A stretch of 64,000 nt of DNA from Octopus bimaculoides (lineage: Eukaryota): positions 130,627,803 to 130,691,802 of the forward strand of contig NC_068981.1 of NCBI RefSeq assembly GCF_001194135.2. The letters run 5' to 3'. A program made the translations under genes and the position numbers. Each line of letters starts with the position of its first letter. Positions within the stretch are counted from its first letter, which is position 1. The notes under the pieces are model-generated. The model worked only from the letters and a program-made list of their open reading frames with translations. It was not told the origin of the DNA and searched no databases. Shown piece by piece: positions 13,798 through 26,463 of the stretch.

Positions 13798-13967
13798 NNN
13801 NNNNNNNNNNNNNNNNNNNNNNNNNNNNNNNNNNNNNNNNNNNNNNNNNNNNNNNNNNNNNNNNNNNNNNNNNNNNNNNNNNNNNNNNNNNNNNNNNNNN
13901 NNNNNNNNNNNNNNNNNNNNNNNNNNNNNNNNNNNNNNNNNNNNNNNNNNNNNNNNNNNNNNNNNNN

Positions 13968-14018
<51 letters not shown>

Positions 14019-14059
14019 AATACATATACACACATATACACTTACACTCACACACACAT

Positions 14060-15160
14060 AAATGAGGATTCAAAATTCATAGGCTGACTATGAAGAAATG
14101 ATGTTCGAGTTGTGAAATCTTGCACGCATCAATTTCAACCCTTCTTATTAATAACTACGTTGTTTCTTTCCAGGTAAACTGACACCTGATCCTTCAAAGA
14201 AGACATCAAAAGTAGTTAGTAGCAACTTCTCTTGAAAATGGACAAAATTTGGCATCCTGGTGTTATCAAGTATCTGCTGGAAAAGTGTTTAGCTCCCAAG
14301 GACAACACTGCAAAATTAGGCAGCTGAATTCAGGATGGGAAGGAAGAGTCTTGAAGATGACCCAAGGTTTGGACATCCTGCAACTGCCATCACTAAGGAA
14401 AACATTGTGTTCATTACATAGTGATGGATGACAATCAAACAGCCAATGCTATTAACATATTCCGCAAGAGAGTTGAGAATATTCTGTACAATGCACTTGG
14501 CATTATGAAGGTTCCTGCTTGGCAGGTGCCATATTTTCTGACATCTGATTGATAGTGCACCAGACTGACTACATCAAAGGAAAATATGACATTGTTTCAG
14601 GCAGATCCTGCTGGTTTCCTTGAATGTTTCCTAACTCAGGATGAGTGTTGGGTTCATCATTTTTAGCCAGAGACAAAGAGACAATCCAAGAAGTGCAAAC
14701 ACCCCCGCCAACCTACTCCAAAGAAGGCCAAGGTTGTTTCATCTGCAGGAAAAGTGATGGCTTCAGTTTTTTGGGATGCAAAATATATACTGTTTATTGA
14801 CTATCTTCAAACAGGCCAAATCACCAACGGAGAGTACTATGCCAACTTGCTGAGGCAGTTATGAAAGGCTATCAGACCAAACAGCCAGGAAAACTGATGA
14901 AAAGGGTCTTGTTTCATCAGGACAATGCTCCAGCACACAAGTCCTTGCTTTCAATGGCTGCTGTACATGACTGTGACTTTGAACTGGTTGATCACCTTAC
15001 TTATTTTCCTGATTTGGCCTCATCTGTTCCCCAACATGGAAAAAAAAAAAAGAATAAAAAAAACACTTGGCCGGAACAAGTGTCACAGTGATGACAATAT
15101 CACACCTGCTGTTGATAGCTTTTTTGAATAAGAGGATGAAACCTTCTTCATCAATGGGAT
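14060..15160 (+). mobile_element. Decayed mariner (DD34D-type) transposon, truncated at the 3' end
   Basis: ATG at 14238 (MDKIWH.GVIKYL), then frameshifted motifs SLEDDPR.G.P.TA, TQDECWVHH, SAGKVMASVFWDAK, HQDNAPAH and Y.PDLA. Multiple stops and deletions. Confidence 0.9.
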
Positions 15161-15184
15161 TNNNNNNNNNNTATATATATATAT

Positions 15185-16200
15185 ATGAGATACAGTTTGG
15201 GTTTGTGCCAGGGAAAAGCACCACTGATGCTATATTTCTGATAAGACAGCTGCAGGAGCAATACCTAGCCAAAGATAAGCCTCTGTACCTGGCTTTCGTT
15301 GACATGGAGAAAGCCTTTGACAGGGTCCCCCAATCCCTTATCTGGTGGTCAATGTGGAAACTAGATATAGGTGAGTGGTGAGAGGTATACAAGCCATGTA
15401 CAGGGATGCTGTCAGTAAGGTGAGAGTTGGCAACGAGTATAGTGAAGAATTCCGGGTAGGGGTAGGGATCCACCAAGGTTAAGTCCTCAAACCCCTTTTA
15501 TTTATCATAGTCCTCCAGGCAATAACAGAGGAATTCAAGACAGGATACCCCTGGGAGCTTCTCTATGCTGATGACCTTGCTCTAATTGCTGAGTCACTAT
15601 CAAAACTAGAGGAGAAGNNNNNNNNNNACCTTGCTCTAATTGCTGAGTCACTATCAAAACTAGAGGAGAAGTTTCAGGTGTGGAAGCAAGGTCTAGAATT
15701 GAAGGGCCTTAGAGTCAACCTAGCTAAAACCAAAGTCTTAATAAGTAGGAAGTCGCAGGTACAAACTCCACAAGATGGACCCGGTGTAAGCTATGGACAC
15801 ATAAGAGGTGCAACAATATCAAAGGAAGGCTAACTGGGAAGATAGTTTTGTGTGTGGAAAATGCTCAGGGGCAATAAACACTGAAAATGTGCAAAAAACA
15901 CCTTCCGTCACATGCCAAGGGGAAAAAACTAGAAGTAGTTGATAGCTTCTGTTGCCTAGGTAAAAAGCACCATTGAACCATGGTCAATGGCAGTACCGCC
16001 TGACTGGCCCTCAAGCTGGTGGTACGTAAAAAGCATCCACTCCACTCTCGGAGTGGTTGGCGTTAGGAAGGGCATCCAGCTGTAGAAACTTTGCCAGATC
16101 AGATTGGAGCCTGGTATAACCTTCTGGCTTGCCAGTACTCAGTAAAACTGTCCAACCCATGCCAGCATGGAAAGCAGACATTAAACGACGACCATGATGA
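15185..16200 (+). mobile_element. RTE-clade LINE fragments with the RT YADD motif and 3' tail
   Basis: QFGFVPGKSTTDAIFLIRQLQE, FVDMEKAFDRVP and LLYADDLALIAES; tail CCATGCCAGCATGGAAAGCAGACATTAAACGACGA. Confidence 0.85.
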
Positions 16201-17548
16201 TATATATACATATATTTATATATGTGCCTGTGTGTGTTGGGTGGGGGTGCTTCCTTTCTATTTATTATACTTTCTGAAAATCTGAGAATAACATAATTTT
16301 CTTTAACTGGTCAATAGAGTTGGCTGTAATGTAGGTGATGCTACAGAAATTCACACCAAGATATAACTATAGTAACCTCAAACCTTAATATGACCCAATG
16401 AATTCCAGATCCAAAAGAAAAAAAAAAACTTATCATAGGATACTTTAATAGTGCACATATATGGCTTATCAAATGGAGAAAACTGCAAAGTTGTATTCTA
16501 GAAAACATAAAACTCCATTGTAATATCAGTTAGACATGTCGTTTATCCCTGACTGAGCAGATGTCACTTAAAACTATTCTATTAGAGACCATTCCATTTG
16601 ACTTCTAAAGTACAGTGAACCCTGGACCGCACGACCCAAAGTGTTCTTTGTAAAAGTGGCAGGATGTGATTTAACCCTTTTGATACAAATCTGCCTGAGA
16701 CTGCCCTTAGTTTTCACAATACAAATTTCCCATTTTGAAGTGATCTAAATTAAAACCTTCCATCAAAATTTCACATTAATTTATGCCTCAAATACTAACT
16801 AATAATGACTTCATTATTTTCAAAATTAATTTAGATAAAGACAGTGTATTTCAGTGGAAATATGGCAATGAAAGAATTAAGAAAGGTTTGATTGCTATTA
16901 ACAATCCCACTGGTCTCAGCTGCACTGTGAAGGTCATGTGCACTGCTCCTCCTCCTCCTAAAACAAAACAACAAAGGTGTGCAATAGTAGACTTTACGCA
17001 GCATTGCTAGCAGCTGTTGGATGTGAAATAGGTTAACCCATATAACAGTTAGAATAACAAACAAGTTAACAGTCATAGTGTTTCTATTAGTTTTGTTATT
17101 TAACCCCCAGGATAATCCTAATCTAACAAATCTGAGATCAAAGGCATTTCAACCATGATCATCATGTCATTTTCCTATGTGCAAGGGAATTCAGAGTCAT
17201 CTTAACCCATTTTTAAGACAGTAAGCAGTGGTTTGAGAGCGATTTGATTGTTATTTCTAGCAGATTAAGAGATCACAAAGAAGCTCCCTTGTTACTGACT
17301 TGTTATACAGAGATGGTCAACTCACCAAAAAAGAGTCATGTTTGTTACACGACTTTGACTCTCATTTGAAATATTTCATGTAATTTGCTCCTCATGTTTC
17401 TTCTGGTTAGACAGCTGGAACCTCTCAGTTAAAATGTCTTTTAATACATTATTTAGCTGTTGTTTTGCTCCAAGTCAGAACCAATAATTGTGTTCCAGAT
17501 AACATGAACATACCATCTTTTGTACACTTAGGACTACATTGTCTAATG

Positions 17549-17878
17549 CAGTGGTTCTTAACGGGAGTGGTGGTCCATATAAGATTTGGAAGACTCCATG
17601 CAACAAATTAGTAAATTGTCCACAATAATATTTTAAGGGCCTGTAAAAAAATTTTGCGTTAGATATGTATTGGTATGTATTGCAAGACACAGCTAGATTT
17701 ATTTCTCCAGCATTTTACATGGTCCAGCTTTCACAAGTTAATGTATGAAAAACAAAATAGGAATTTTGAAAGTTTCTATAAAACTAGTTTTTAAACATCA
17801 AATAGCTATGGAGGTCCACCAGAATAAAATAGTAATCAAAGGAGTCCATAGATAAAAAAAAATAGTTGAGAACCCCTG
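17549..17878. mobile_element. hAT-type MITE
   Basis: CAGTGGTTCTTAAC ... GTTGAGAACCCCTG; near-TSD GTCTAATG/GTCTTATG. Its right end matches the left end of 26464-26819. Confidence 0.75.
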
Positions 17879-18641
17879 TCTTATGTGTCAACTCTTTTGT
17901 TACCCAGAGCAGGAGCAGATGTCAGGATCCCAGCTATGGGTTTAAATAGCATATAACCACCTGAGCCAGGGTATGTTGAAATCATGGGATGCAGCACAGT
18001 GGATGTGAGTTATTTCAGTAAATAAACTTATTGGATTAATGGCGAATATCACTAGATGCTGACTAGATGAACAGACAATAAACTATCCATGGACAGGATC
18101 AACCAATTCAGTTGGTGAACTACTGCTGTTATTTGTAGTGGTGGTGGTAGTGGTGTGCACAGATGAGATATTTCAGCTAATGAAAGACTAATGTGACTAA
18201 AACTAAGACCAGGCATTCATGCTGCATCACTCACTCAGCACACCTGGTGAGGAAAAGTTGCATTGGCCCAGGTAAGTCAACCAACAGTATGATGATTATT
18301 TTAGGCGATAGTACAGTACACCTCACAGCTTGTTGTATTGTGACATAACACTTGACCAATGATGGATTAATTAGATGGAGAAAAGATTAAGGCTCACAGG
18401 TAAGTGAATTTACACCAGCACACATATTTTGCTCTCATAGCGAGATGGTGTATTATTCTTTTTATTCTTTTACTTGTTTCAGTCATTTGACTATGGCCAT
18501 GCTAGAGCACCACCTTAAATGTTTTCTTTTTTAGTTGAAGAAACCGACCCCAGAACTTATTCTTTGTAAACCTAGTACTTATTCTATTGAATCTCTTTTG
18601 CTGACCCACTAAGATACGGAAACATAAACATACTGACATCA

Positions 18642-18951
18642 AGTAGTTGTATGCTGTCAACTTAATGTGACAGTCCCCTGAAGGGAATAATACTGCTGTT
18701 GGTTAGACCTAGGAAGCTGCACCACTTCCTGTCGGCCTTGACACATTTCCTGTGTCCTTATGTTTACAAGGGGGAGACAAGCACCTCCACCCAGCTAAGC
18801 CTGCATCCAGAGACATGTTTCTGAGTCTTTGCTCGTCATCAGTCTGGAGTAGCATGACTTGCTAGTCGAAGATGCCTGTCGAGCTGTTGTAAACATATAA
18901 TTCTAGTGAAATACATTCACTGATTTCAAATTTAAAAATATTTATTTCTAA
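18642..18951 (-). mobile_element. ~310-bp HHR-containing non-coding insertion (Penelope pLTR- or retrozyme-like) inside a SINE
   Basis: Flanked by the 12-bp direct repeat ATACTGACATCA (18630-18641 and 18952-18963), which interrupts otherwise continuous SINE sequence. Contains several hairpins and the HHR. Confidence 0.7.
18806..18848 (-). ncRNA. Minimal type I hammerhead ribozyme motif with palindromic helix III (Penelope/retrozyme type)
   Basis: Minus strand reads UCCAGA-CUGAUGA-C-GAG-CAAAGA-CUC-A-GAAA-CAUG-UC-UCUGGA. Perfect 6-bp helix I, intact CUGAUGA and GAAA cores, ACAUGU palindrome, GUC cleavage triplet with predicted cut between 18812 and 18811. Confidence 0.75.
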
Positions 18952-19944
18952 ATACTGACATCAGTTGTCAAGCGATGGTGGTGGTGGTGGGGGGGGGGGA
19001 CAAACACAGACACACTCACACATATATGACGGGCTTCTTTCAGTTTCTGTGTACCAAATTCACTCACAAGGTTTTGGTTGGCCCANNNNNNNNNNCGGGC
19101 TTCTTTCAGTTTCTGTGTACCAAATTCACTCACAAGGTTTTGGTTGGCCCAAGGTTATAGTATAAGACACTTGGCCAAGGTGCCACACAGTGGGACTGAA
19201 CCTGGAACCAAGTGGTTGGGAAGCAAGCTTCTTACCACACAGCCACACCTGTACCTGTATGTAATAAATTTGTTGAAAATTCATTTATTGAAACTAAAAC
19301 CAAATCAGATTGGAACCTGGTGTAGCCATCTGGTTCACCAGTCCTCAGTCAAATCGCCCAACCCATACTAGCATGGAAAGCGGACGTTAAACGATGATGA
19401 TGATGATGAATTTCATTGTTGTTGCTATTTTAACATCTACTTTTCCACACTTGCATGGAACAGACAAAGGTCTGTGAGGGCAGAGTTTTCTCCAGTCAGA
19501 TATTCTTGTTGTCAATCTCATTCCCATCTCTACCTGTTTCTAAGCGAAGTAATAATATCAGTCTACCAAACAACAGACAGTCCATGTTTCCTGTGGAGAA
19601 CCAAAAACAAATGTCACCATATATATTTACAAAGATTGCACAACATATCAAGTCACGTCAAGAAGCCTGGACATGTTTTCATGGTGAACTGCAAGCAAAT
19701 GACGCAGTCAGTAGGCTGTTGTTTAAAAACCAGTAAATGTGAGGGAAATATGAACTCAATGATATAATTGGCACATAATGTGTTACCAAATCTCAAAACA
19801 CACACTTAGAAACAAAAATTAAGTTAGGAACTGTTGATGTGTCAGTATCATCTGTTGTCCACAGTAGTTGATTTTTAACATTTTATGAGGCAAAATGTAT
19901 TAATGCTTATCTTAAAACTGCTTGTATTGTTACAGGATAGAAGT

Positions 19945-20345
19945 AAGTGTGGTTAAGAAGCTTGCTTCCCAACCACATGGTTTGGGGTTCGGTCCCACTG
20001 TGTAGCACCTTGTGCAAGTATCTTCTACCATAGATTTGGGCTGACCAAAGCCCTGTGAGTAGATTCGGCAGATGGAAACTGAAAGAAGCCTACTGTGTAT
20101 ATGTATATATATTTATCTATGTGCGTGTGTGTGTGTCCTTTGTCCCTGTCCACCACTGCTTGACAACCGGTGCAATATATTTACACCCCTATAACTTAGC
20201 AGTTTGGTGAAAGAGAACAGCAGAATAAGTAACAGGCTTAAAAAAAAGAAAAGAAAGTACTGGGGTTGATACAATTGACTAAAACCTTTTCAAGGTGGTG
20301 CTCCAGCATAGCCACAGTCTAATGACTGAAAGAGGTAAAGAAGGA
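19945..20345 (+). mobile_element. SINE family A, near full length
   Basis: Same head, body and tail. Other copies at ~3005-3170, ~8095-8230 (-), ~24475-24850, ~25255-25620, ~28990-29320 (-), ~32130-32310, ~38295-38450 (-), ~41690-41830, ~54735-55055, ~59700-59900 (-) and ~60690-61020. Confidence 0.85.
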
Positions 20346-21739
20346 TATCAAATGTCTTTTTTCTATTACTGTAAATTCATGGGTTGATATGCTTGTAGTG
20401 GGCACCTCATGCAACAAGAAAAGGCTTCATGTTTCTTTGGTTTCATTAGAATCTATCACAAAACAATATGCTGCCAATAAACCAAAGCTACTGGTGATAA
20501 ACATGCCTTTTTCGTTTTTTAATTAAAGATGCCTTTGGAGCTATTTGGCTGATATGTCTAGCAAGTGAAGTAACTGCATGACAATGCCACTGGTATTTCA
20601 GTTTCACACCTGTAACACTCTCCATATTACAAGTCTTTACTGGTTGGGTAAACTACTGAGTGAAGTAGCCCAACAAAACAATGTTCTGAAATTAGAAACC
20701 AATACTGTGTTTAAGAGAACAACAAAGCAGCATACTTTTTTTCTAATGGCAACTTGCTTGAATTATTAGAGCCAGGTGGAGGGAAAGGGTTTTCAGAAAC
20801 AAGGGGTACTGACAGGCAACAACGCTACTTCACTATCAACTTTCCCACCCACATGTGAACATACATATATGTATAAATAAATATATGTATGTATATATAA
20901 TCTTATAATGTCATGAATTCCATTAAAACTTCCTCACAATGTCAGTGCTAATAAATTCTGCCCACGTCTTCCTAGTATTCCTCATTCTAACAGACATCAT
21001 TATCATAGATTTCATACATAACTTCCACACATGTCTCTAAACCAATTTCAGCACAGGCTGTTATTCAAGAACTTTTAAACAGCTGGTCTCCTACTTCTTA
21101 GCAGTGAGGAGTTTTGTTCTGATACTTCTAAATATCCTAGGAATAATATTTCACACCTGTAGGGAGTTCAAGGGCACACACTAGGCAGAATCAAGGTAAA
21201 AGGAAAAAAAGAAAGAAATCTAGTATGAAGCAGACGTATATGCATTAGGGTGAGTTAGAGCCATATTTTCGATGAACCAGTGGTACATTTTAGAATGAAT
21301 AAAAGTTACCAAAAGATATGATGCCAGCAATTGATGAATTCAATGACACATTATTAAAACATCTACAGCTGTTGCCAACAGATGTAATTTACATAACATT
21401 TAGTGCAAATTCAATTAACAGCTCACTATTGTACTCAGTTACTTCACTTCTACTTTCATATAGTGAATACAAGGCACTGAGAGAGCCTCTTTGCAGTCGA
21501 GCAACCTGCTAAAAATAGCAGCCAAATCTTCATCAAGTTACACCTGACAATCTTAAGTAAAGGAGATATTGAACTATGTAGAACATAATATGCAACATTG
21601 AATCTTAAGAACCAATTTACTCATTCCTCTGCTGGGCAGGCAAAGTTTGCTATTAATCCACTAGAGTAAATTTACTTCAGTTTGGGAACCTTTGCTTTAC
21701 AAAATCCATAGTACTGCTTGAGTATCTTGAAAAACATGT

Positions 21740-22125
21740 TTAGGTACTACAGCCATGTAAAAGCACCCATGCCTGTGCCATGTAAAAGCACCCATGCCAG
21801 TGCTATGGGAAAGTCCCATGCTGGTGCCACATAAAAGCACTTGTACTGGTGCCATGTAAAAGTGCCCATGCCGGTGCCATATAAAAGTGCCTGTATTGGT
21901 GTCATGTAAAAGCACTGGTGCTGGTGCCTTGTAAAAGCATCGGTGTAATGCCACATAAAAGCACCAAGCACAACCTGTCAAGTGGTTGGCATTAGGAAGG
22001 GCATCCAGTACTAGAAACCATGTCCTAGACAAATGGAGCCCAGGCAGCTCTCTAGCTGGCCAGCTCCTGTCAAACCGTCCAACCCATGCTAGCATGGAGA
22101 ATGGACATTAAATGATGATGATAAA
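21740..22125 (+). mobile_element. RTE-type 3' UTR containing a 25-bp minisatellite, with tail
   Basis: About nine CCATGTAAAAGCAC... units, then GTGGTTGGCATTAGGAAGGGCATCCAG and CCCATGCTAGCATGG...ATGATGATG. Confidence 0.65.
21753..21968 (+). repeat. 25-bp minisatellite, about 9 units
   Basis: Units such as CCATGTAAAAGCACCCATGCCTGTG and CCATGTAAAAGCACCCATGCCAGTG. Confidence 0.85.
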
Positions 22126-22254
22126 TATGATCAAAACTTCCCATGCAATATGTACAAGTCATTTTATTTTTTTTTATTTCATCTTCAAATGTATATTGTA
22201 TGGATGTTAGACAATGGACATTAAAAGCAAAAAGCAGAAAAAAGGAACTCAAAA

Positions 22255-22620
22255 CACTGAGATGAAATTGTTGGCATTTAAAATGAGATGCTTTTGCCAA
22301 ATTTCTGGCATTACATGGAGGGCCTACTGGACAACCAGTCAGTCTTAGAATGACTTAATGTGCTGGTTAGAAAAAGAGAATGACTTACGGATAAAACAAG
22401 AAAATGCAGTGGTTTGGTTATATTGGTAGAATGACTGGGCTACTTGCAAATACACACATATTTGGGGGAAAATAGAAGGTAAAAGAGAGTGACTAAAGGG
22501 ACTGAATTCAAAGATACTGAAATGCAGACTGGCGAAGAGAGCATCAGAATGTATTATAAAGAAAGCCCACGACTGAAGTTGGTAGAGAATATTGGTGTAA
22601 AAAAAAAGTTTTAAGTTTTC
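22255..22620 (+). mobile_element. Old RTE-clade LINE remnant
   Basis: Degenerate KLLAFKMRC...ISGITW, QWFGYIGRM and GKIEGKR motifs. Confidence 0.5.
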
Positions 22621-22698
22621 CAATGGCAGAAAAGTTTTGAGAATGACATGACTTGGCATCAAAAAAAATCAAGAAGATTTGTAGCCATTGCCTTAGAC

Positions 22699-22941
22699 CA
22701 GCGTTTCTCAACCGGGATTCCCTGGAACCCTTGGGTTCCGCAAAAAGTTCCTAGGAGTTCCGTGAGAAAAAGTGAGAAAAGCTAATGTTAATTTCATGAT
22801 CATAATATAACTATACATGCACAACATATCATTGTTTATTGTAATATTGGAATACAGACATCATTCTATCTAACCTATAATATTATCAAAAAAATATAAC
22901 AACCATTGGGGATATATTTAGTGATGTCTGTAATTTGTGGA

Positions 22942-22950
<9 letters not shown>
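22699..22950. mobile_element. hAT-type MITE left end (right end not resolved)
   Basis: Starts CAGCGTTTCTCAACC followed by GGTTCC/GGAACC subterminal repeats. Confidence 0.45.
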
Positions 22951-22986
<36 letters not shown>

Positions 22987-23790
22987 TGATATTTACTATG
23001 TGAACTACAATGAAAAAATACGAGAAATGTATGGCATATAATCTTTTGTGTTGCCCAAGGTGCCATACAGTGGGACTGAACCCAGAAGTTTATATGTAAA
23101 TATAAGGAAGGTAGGATAGTCAATATCGGAACATCTTTGATCACAGGTTTGCACAATCAGGAAATTTACTGTCTTAAAAGTGTCCATAGTGTATGCTTTG
23201 TCACATGTTACTCCAGAATCATAAGTTTCATTTGGAAATGGACAAATATCACACATGTGCATGCACCACACACACACATGCACACAAACATTAAGATGGT
23301 GAGTGGACAAGTGACTGGCCTACTACCTCCACTTCTGTTGAACTGGTACATCCTTTCAATCAATTAAAGCTAATAACTGTTATCAGCTAATCAACAATAA
23401 TTAATATAATTGATGCTTTTTTCTTCTTTGAAATTCAAACCCTTATAATACAACAAAAAAGTGGAGGAGATTGAAATTTTGTATCAATGGTTAGAAGGAA
23501 ATTCTTAAAAGATTCTCCTGTCTAGACACAAAATAATAAGTGACAAATGGGATCAGGAAAAATTATCTTCAAGATACTAAGTTTAATTATCCCAGAGCTT
23601 AATGAAAAATGAAAAATTGCAATAAAAAAAGGTGAAGTAATAAATAAGAAATATGACTAAATTGTCATAGTTTAGCCATATTGAAAGAGACTTGAAGAAA
23701 GTTAACAGATGTTATTGCCAGGAGTATGCTGAAAAATTAATTCAAAAGCCTAGTTCTATGACATCACAACACTATTGCTGCTGTTGCTAC

Positions 23791-24177
23791 TGTTGTTGGC
23801 ACTCCAACGCTTACGACGTCGAGGATTCCAGTTGATCCGATCAACGGAACAGCCTGCTCGTGAAATTAACGTGCAAGTGGCTGAGCACTCCACAGACACG
23901 TGTACCCTTAACGTAGTCCTCGGGGATATTCAGCGTGACACAGTGTAACAAGGCTGACCCTTTGAATTACAGGCACAACAGAAACAGGAAGTAAGAGTGA
24001 GAGAAAGTTGTGGTGAAAGAGTACAGCAGGGTTCGTCACCATCCCCTGCTGGAGCCTCGTGGAGCTTTTTGGTGTTTTCGCTCAATAAACACTCACAACG
24101 CCTGGTCTGGGAATCAAAACTGTGATCCTATGACCGCGAGTTCGCTGCCCTAACCACTAGGCCATTGCGCCTCCACA
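23791..24177 (-). mobile_element. tRNA-derived SINE family C, full length
   Basis: 5' TGTGGAGGCGCAATGGCCTAGTGGTTAGGGCAGCG (A box), TTTGATTCCC (B-box-like), (CAA)n tail. Near-identical copies at ~32841-33187 (+) and ~34807-35095 (-). Confidence 0.85.
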
Positions 24178-25079
24178 CTATTAATAATAATAACAAACCT
24201 TTACACTAAAGGTGGAAGGTCTGAAATTTGGTTGGAGGGGGCTAGTTGATTACACTGATCCCATTGCTGAATGGTACTTATTTCAATAATCCTGAAAGGA
24301 TGAAAGTTGACTTGGTGGAATTTGAACTCGGAATGTGTTAATAAGCACAAGCATAGCTGTGTGGTAAGAAGCTTGCTTCCCAACCACATGGTTCCAGGTT
24401 TAGTTTCAATGATCTTGGAAAGACGAAAGACAAAGTTGGCCTTGGTGGAATTTGAACTCAGGATGTGTTAATAGGCACAGGTGTAGCTGTGTGATAAGAA
24501 ACTTGCTTCCCAACCACAATTCCAGGTTCAGTCCCACTGCGTGGTACCTTGGACAAGTGTCTTCTACTATTGTCTTCAGCCAACCAAAGCCTTGTGAGTG
24601 TATTTGGTAGATGGAAACTGAAAGAAGCTTTTTTATTTATATGTCTGTGTGTGTGTTTGTACCTTGCTACTGCTTCGCAACCAGTGTTGGTTTGTTTATG
24701 TCCCTGTAACATAGCAGTTCAGCATAAGAGACCAACATACTATATACCAAGACAAAAAAAAAAAAAATACTAGGGTTGATTCATTCGATTAAAATTCAAG
24801 GTGGTGTTCCAGTATGGCCACTGTATAATGACTGAAACAAGTATAAAAAAATAAAAGAATAAACAAAATGCCACTAAGCATTTTGTCTAGCGTGCTAATA
24901 ATTTCTTCCAGCTCACTGTTTTACTAAGAATAATTCTTTCTAATTTTTGCACAGGACCAGCAACTTTGGGGTATATGGGTGAAGTCTATTACATGTACTC
25001 CTGTACTTGACTGGTACTTTAACTCCAGAATGATGAGCAGCAAAGATAACTTCCATAGTTTTTATAATAATAAAGGAAG

Positions 25080-25230
25080 GGTAGGAAGGGCATCCAGCTG
25101 TAGAAACTCTGCCAAATCAGATTGGAGCCTGGTGTAGCCATCTGGTTTCACCAGTCCTCAGTCAAAATCGTCCAACCCATGCTAGCATGGAAAGCGGACG
25201 TTAAACGACGACGATGATAATGATGATGAA
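25080..25230 (+). mobile_element. Young, very short RTE 3' tail insertion (similar copy at ~19305-19410)
   Basis: Near-identical to 11915-12050. Confidence 0.75.
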
Positions 25231-26224
25231 TTGCTTCAAATTTATGTCCAATAGTTACAGGCATGGCTGTATGGTAAGAAGTTTGCTTCTCAAACACATG
25301 GTTCTGGGTTCACTCTCACTGTGTGGCATCTTGGGCAAGTGTCTTTTATTATGGGTTCCATAGCCTTGTGAGTGGATTTGGCAGTTGGAAACTGAAAGAA
25401 GTTCATTGTTGTATATGTGTGTGTGTGTGTGTGCATGTATCTTTGTCCCCCACCACTGCTAGGCAACTGATGTTGGTGTGTTTACATTCCTGTAATTTAG
25501 CGATTCAGAAAAAGAGACTGATAGAATAAGTATGAGGTTTTAAAAAGAGTACTGAGGTCAATTCATTCGACTAAAATTCTGCAAGGCCATGGTCTGATGA
25601 ATGAAATAAGTAAAAAGTAAAAAAAAGATGTGGTGACAAAAATTTTCAACAATCAAATTGTCGATAACATTTATTTAGAAAAAAAAAAAAATTGTTTTAA
25701 AACTAAAGCAGTATATAAAAGAAGGCTGCCAAAAATAATTTGTTTTAAAATGAAAACAATTTTTAAAACTGAAATTATAAATTGTAAGTCACTGACCTAA
25801 AGCAAGTACTCGTTTGATATGGTCGTTAACCTTAGTANNNNNNNNNNNNNNNNNNNNNNNNNNNNNNNNNNNNNNNNNNNNNNNNNNNNNNNNNNNNNNN
25901 NNNNNNNNNNNNNNNNNNNNNNNNNNNNNNNNNNNNNNNNNNNNNNNNNNNNNNNNNNNNNNNNNNNNNNNNNNNNNNNNNNNNNNNNNNNNNNNNNNNN
26001 NNNNNNNNNNNNNNNNNNNNNNNNNNNNNNNNNNNNNNNNNNNNNNNNNNNNNNNNNNNNNNNNNNNNNNNNNNNNNNNNNNNNNNNNNNNNNNNNNNNN
26101 NNNNNNNNNNNNNNNNNNNNNNNNNNNNNNNNNNNNNNNNNNNNNNNNNNNNNNNNNNNNNAAAACAAGTATATATACTTTCAACATACAAATAAAATAA
26201 ATGTATTCAGACACATATTTATAG

Positions 26225-26455
26225 GACCGGTTCTCAACAGGGGTCAATGTAAGTATTTGTTGTTAAAATTTATGTGCAATAAATTGGTTATACTTCAACA
26301 ACACAAAATATTTTAACAATTTTTTTTATACAATTCCTAATATTTAATTACAAAAATATAAAAGGACTTTTTAAACATTGAATGCCTATGAGGGCCCATA
26401 CAAGTACAATAAAAATCAAAGGGATCCATAGGTAAAAAATGGTTGCAAACCATTG
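26225..26455. mobile_element. hAT-type MITE immediately adjacent to the previous element
   Basis: ACCGGTTCTCAAC ... GGTTGCAAACCATTG; flanks ATTTATAG and ATCTATAC. Confidence 0.55.
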
Positions 26456-26463
26456 ATCTATAC

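Larger units (their letters stand above)
18457..19250 (-). mobile_element. tRNA-derived SINE family A, interrupted by the HHR insert and a gap
   Basis: Head GGTGTGGCTGTGTGGTAAGAAGCTTGCTTCCCAACC...GGTTCAGTCCC (A/B-box-like), central (CA)n, tail GACTGAAACAAGTAAAAGA. Confidence 0.85.

Noticed and set aside
15568-15574. CTGATGA core-like heptamer
   Set aside because: These are the codons of the RT YADD motif.
15576-15680. Direct duplication in the RT region; same pattern at 19030-19145
   Set aside because: The copies flank 10-N gaps; assembly artefact.
20610-20685. Minus-strand AG...GT bounded segment
   Set aside because: Stops in all three frames.
21753-21968. CRISPR-like repeat/spacer appearance
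   Set aside because: Eukaryotic context, 25-bp degenerate period with only ~8 variable nt, no cas genes, and embedded in a LINE 3' UTR.
23791-24177. tRNA gene calls for SINE heads (also 33620-33690 and family A heads)
   Set aside because: A/B boxes are present but there is no full cloverleaf, and they continue into multi-copy SINE bodies.
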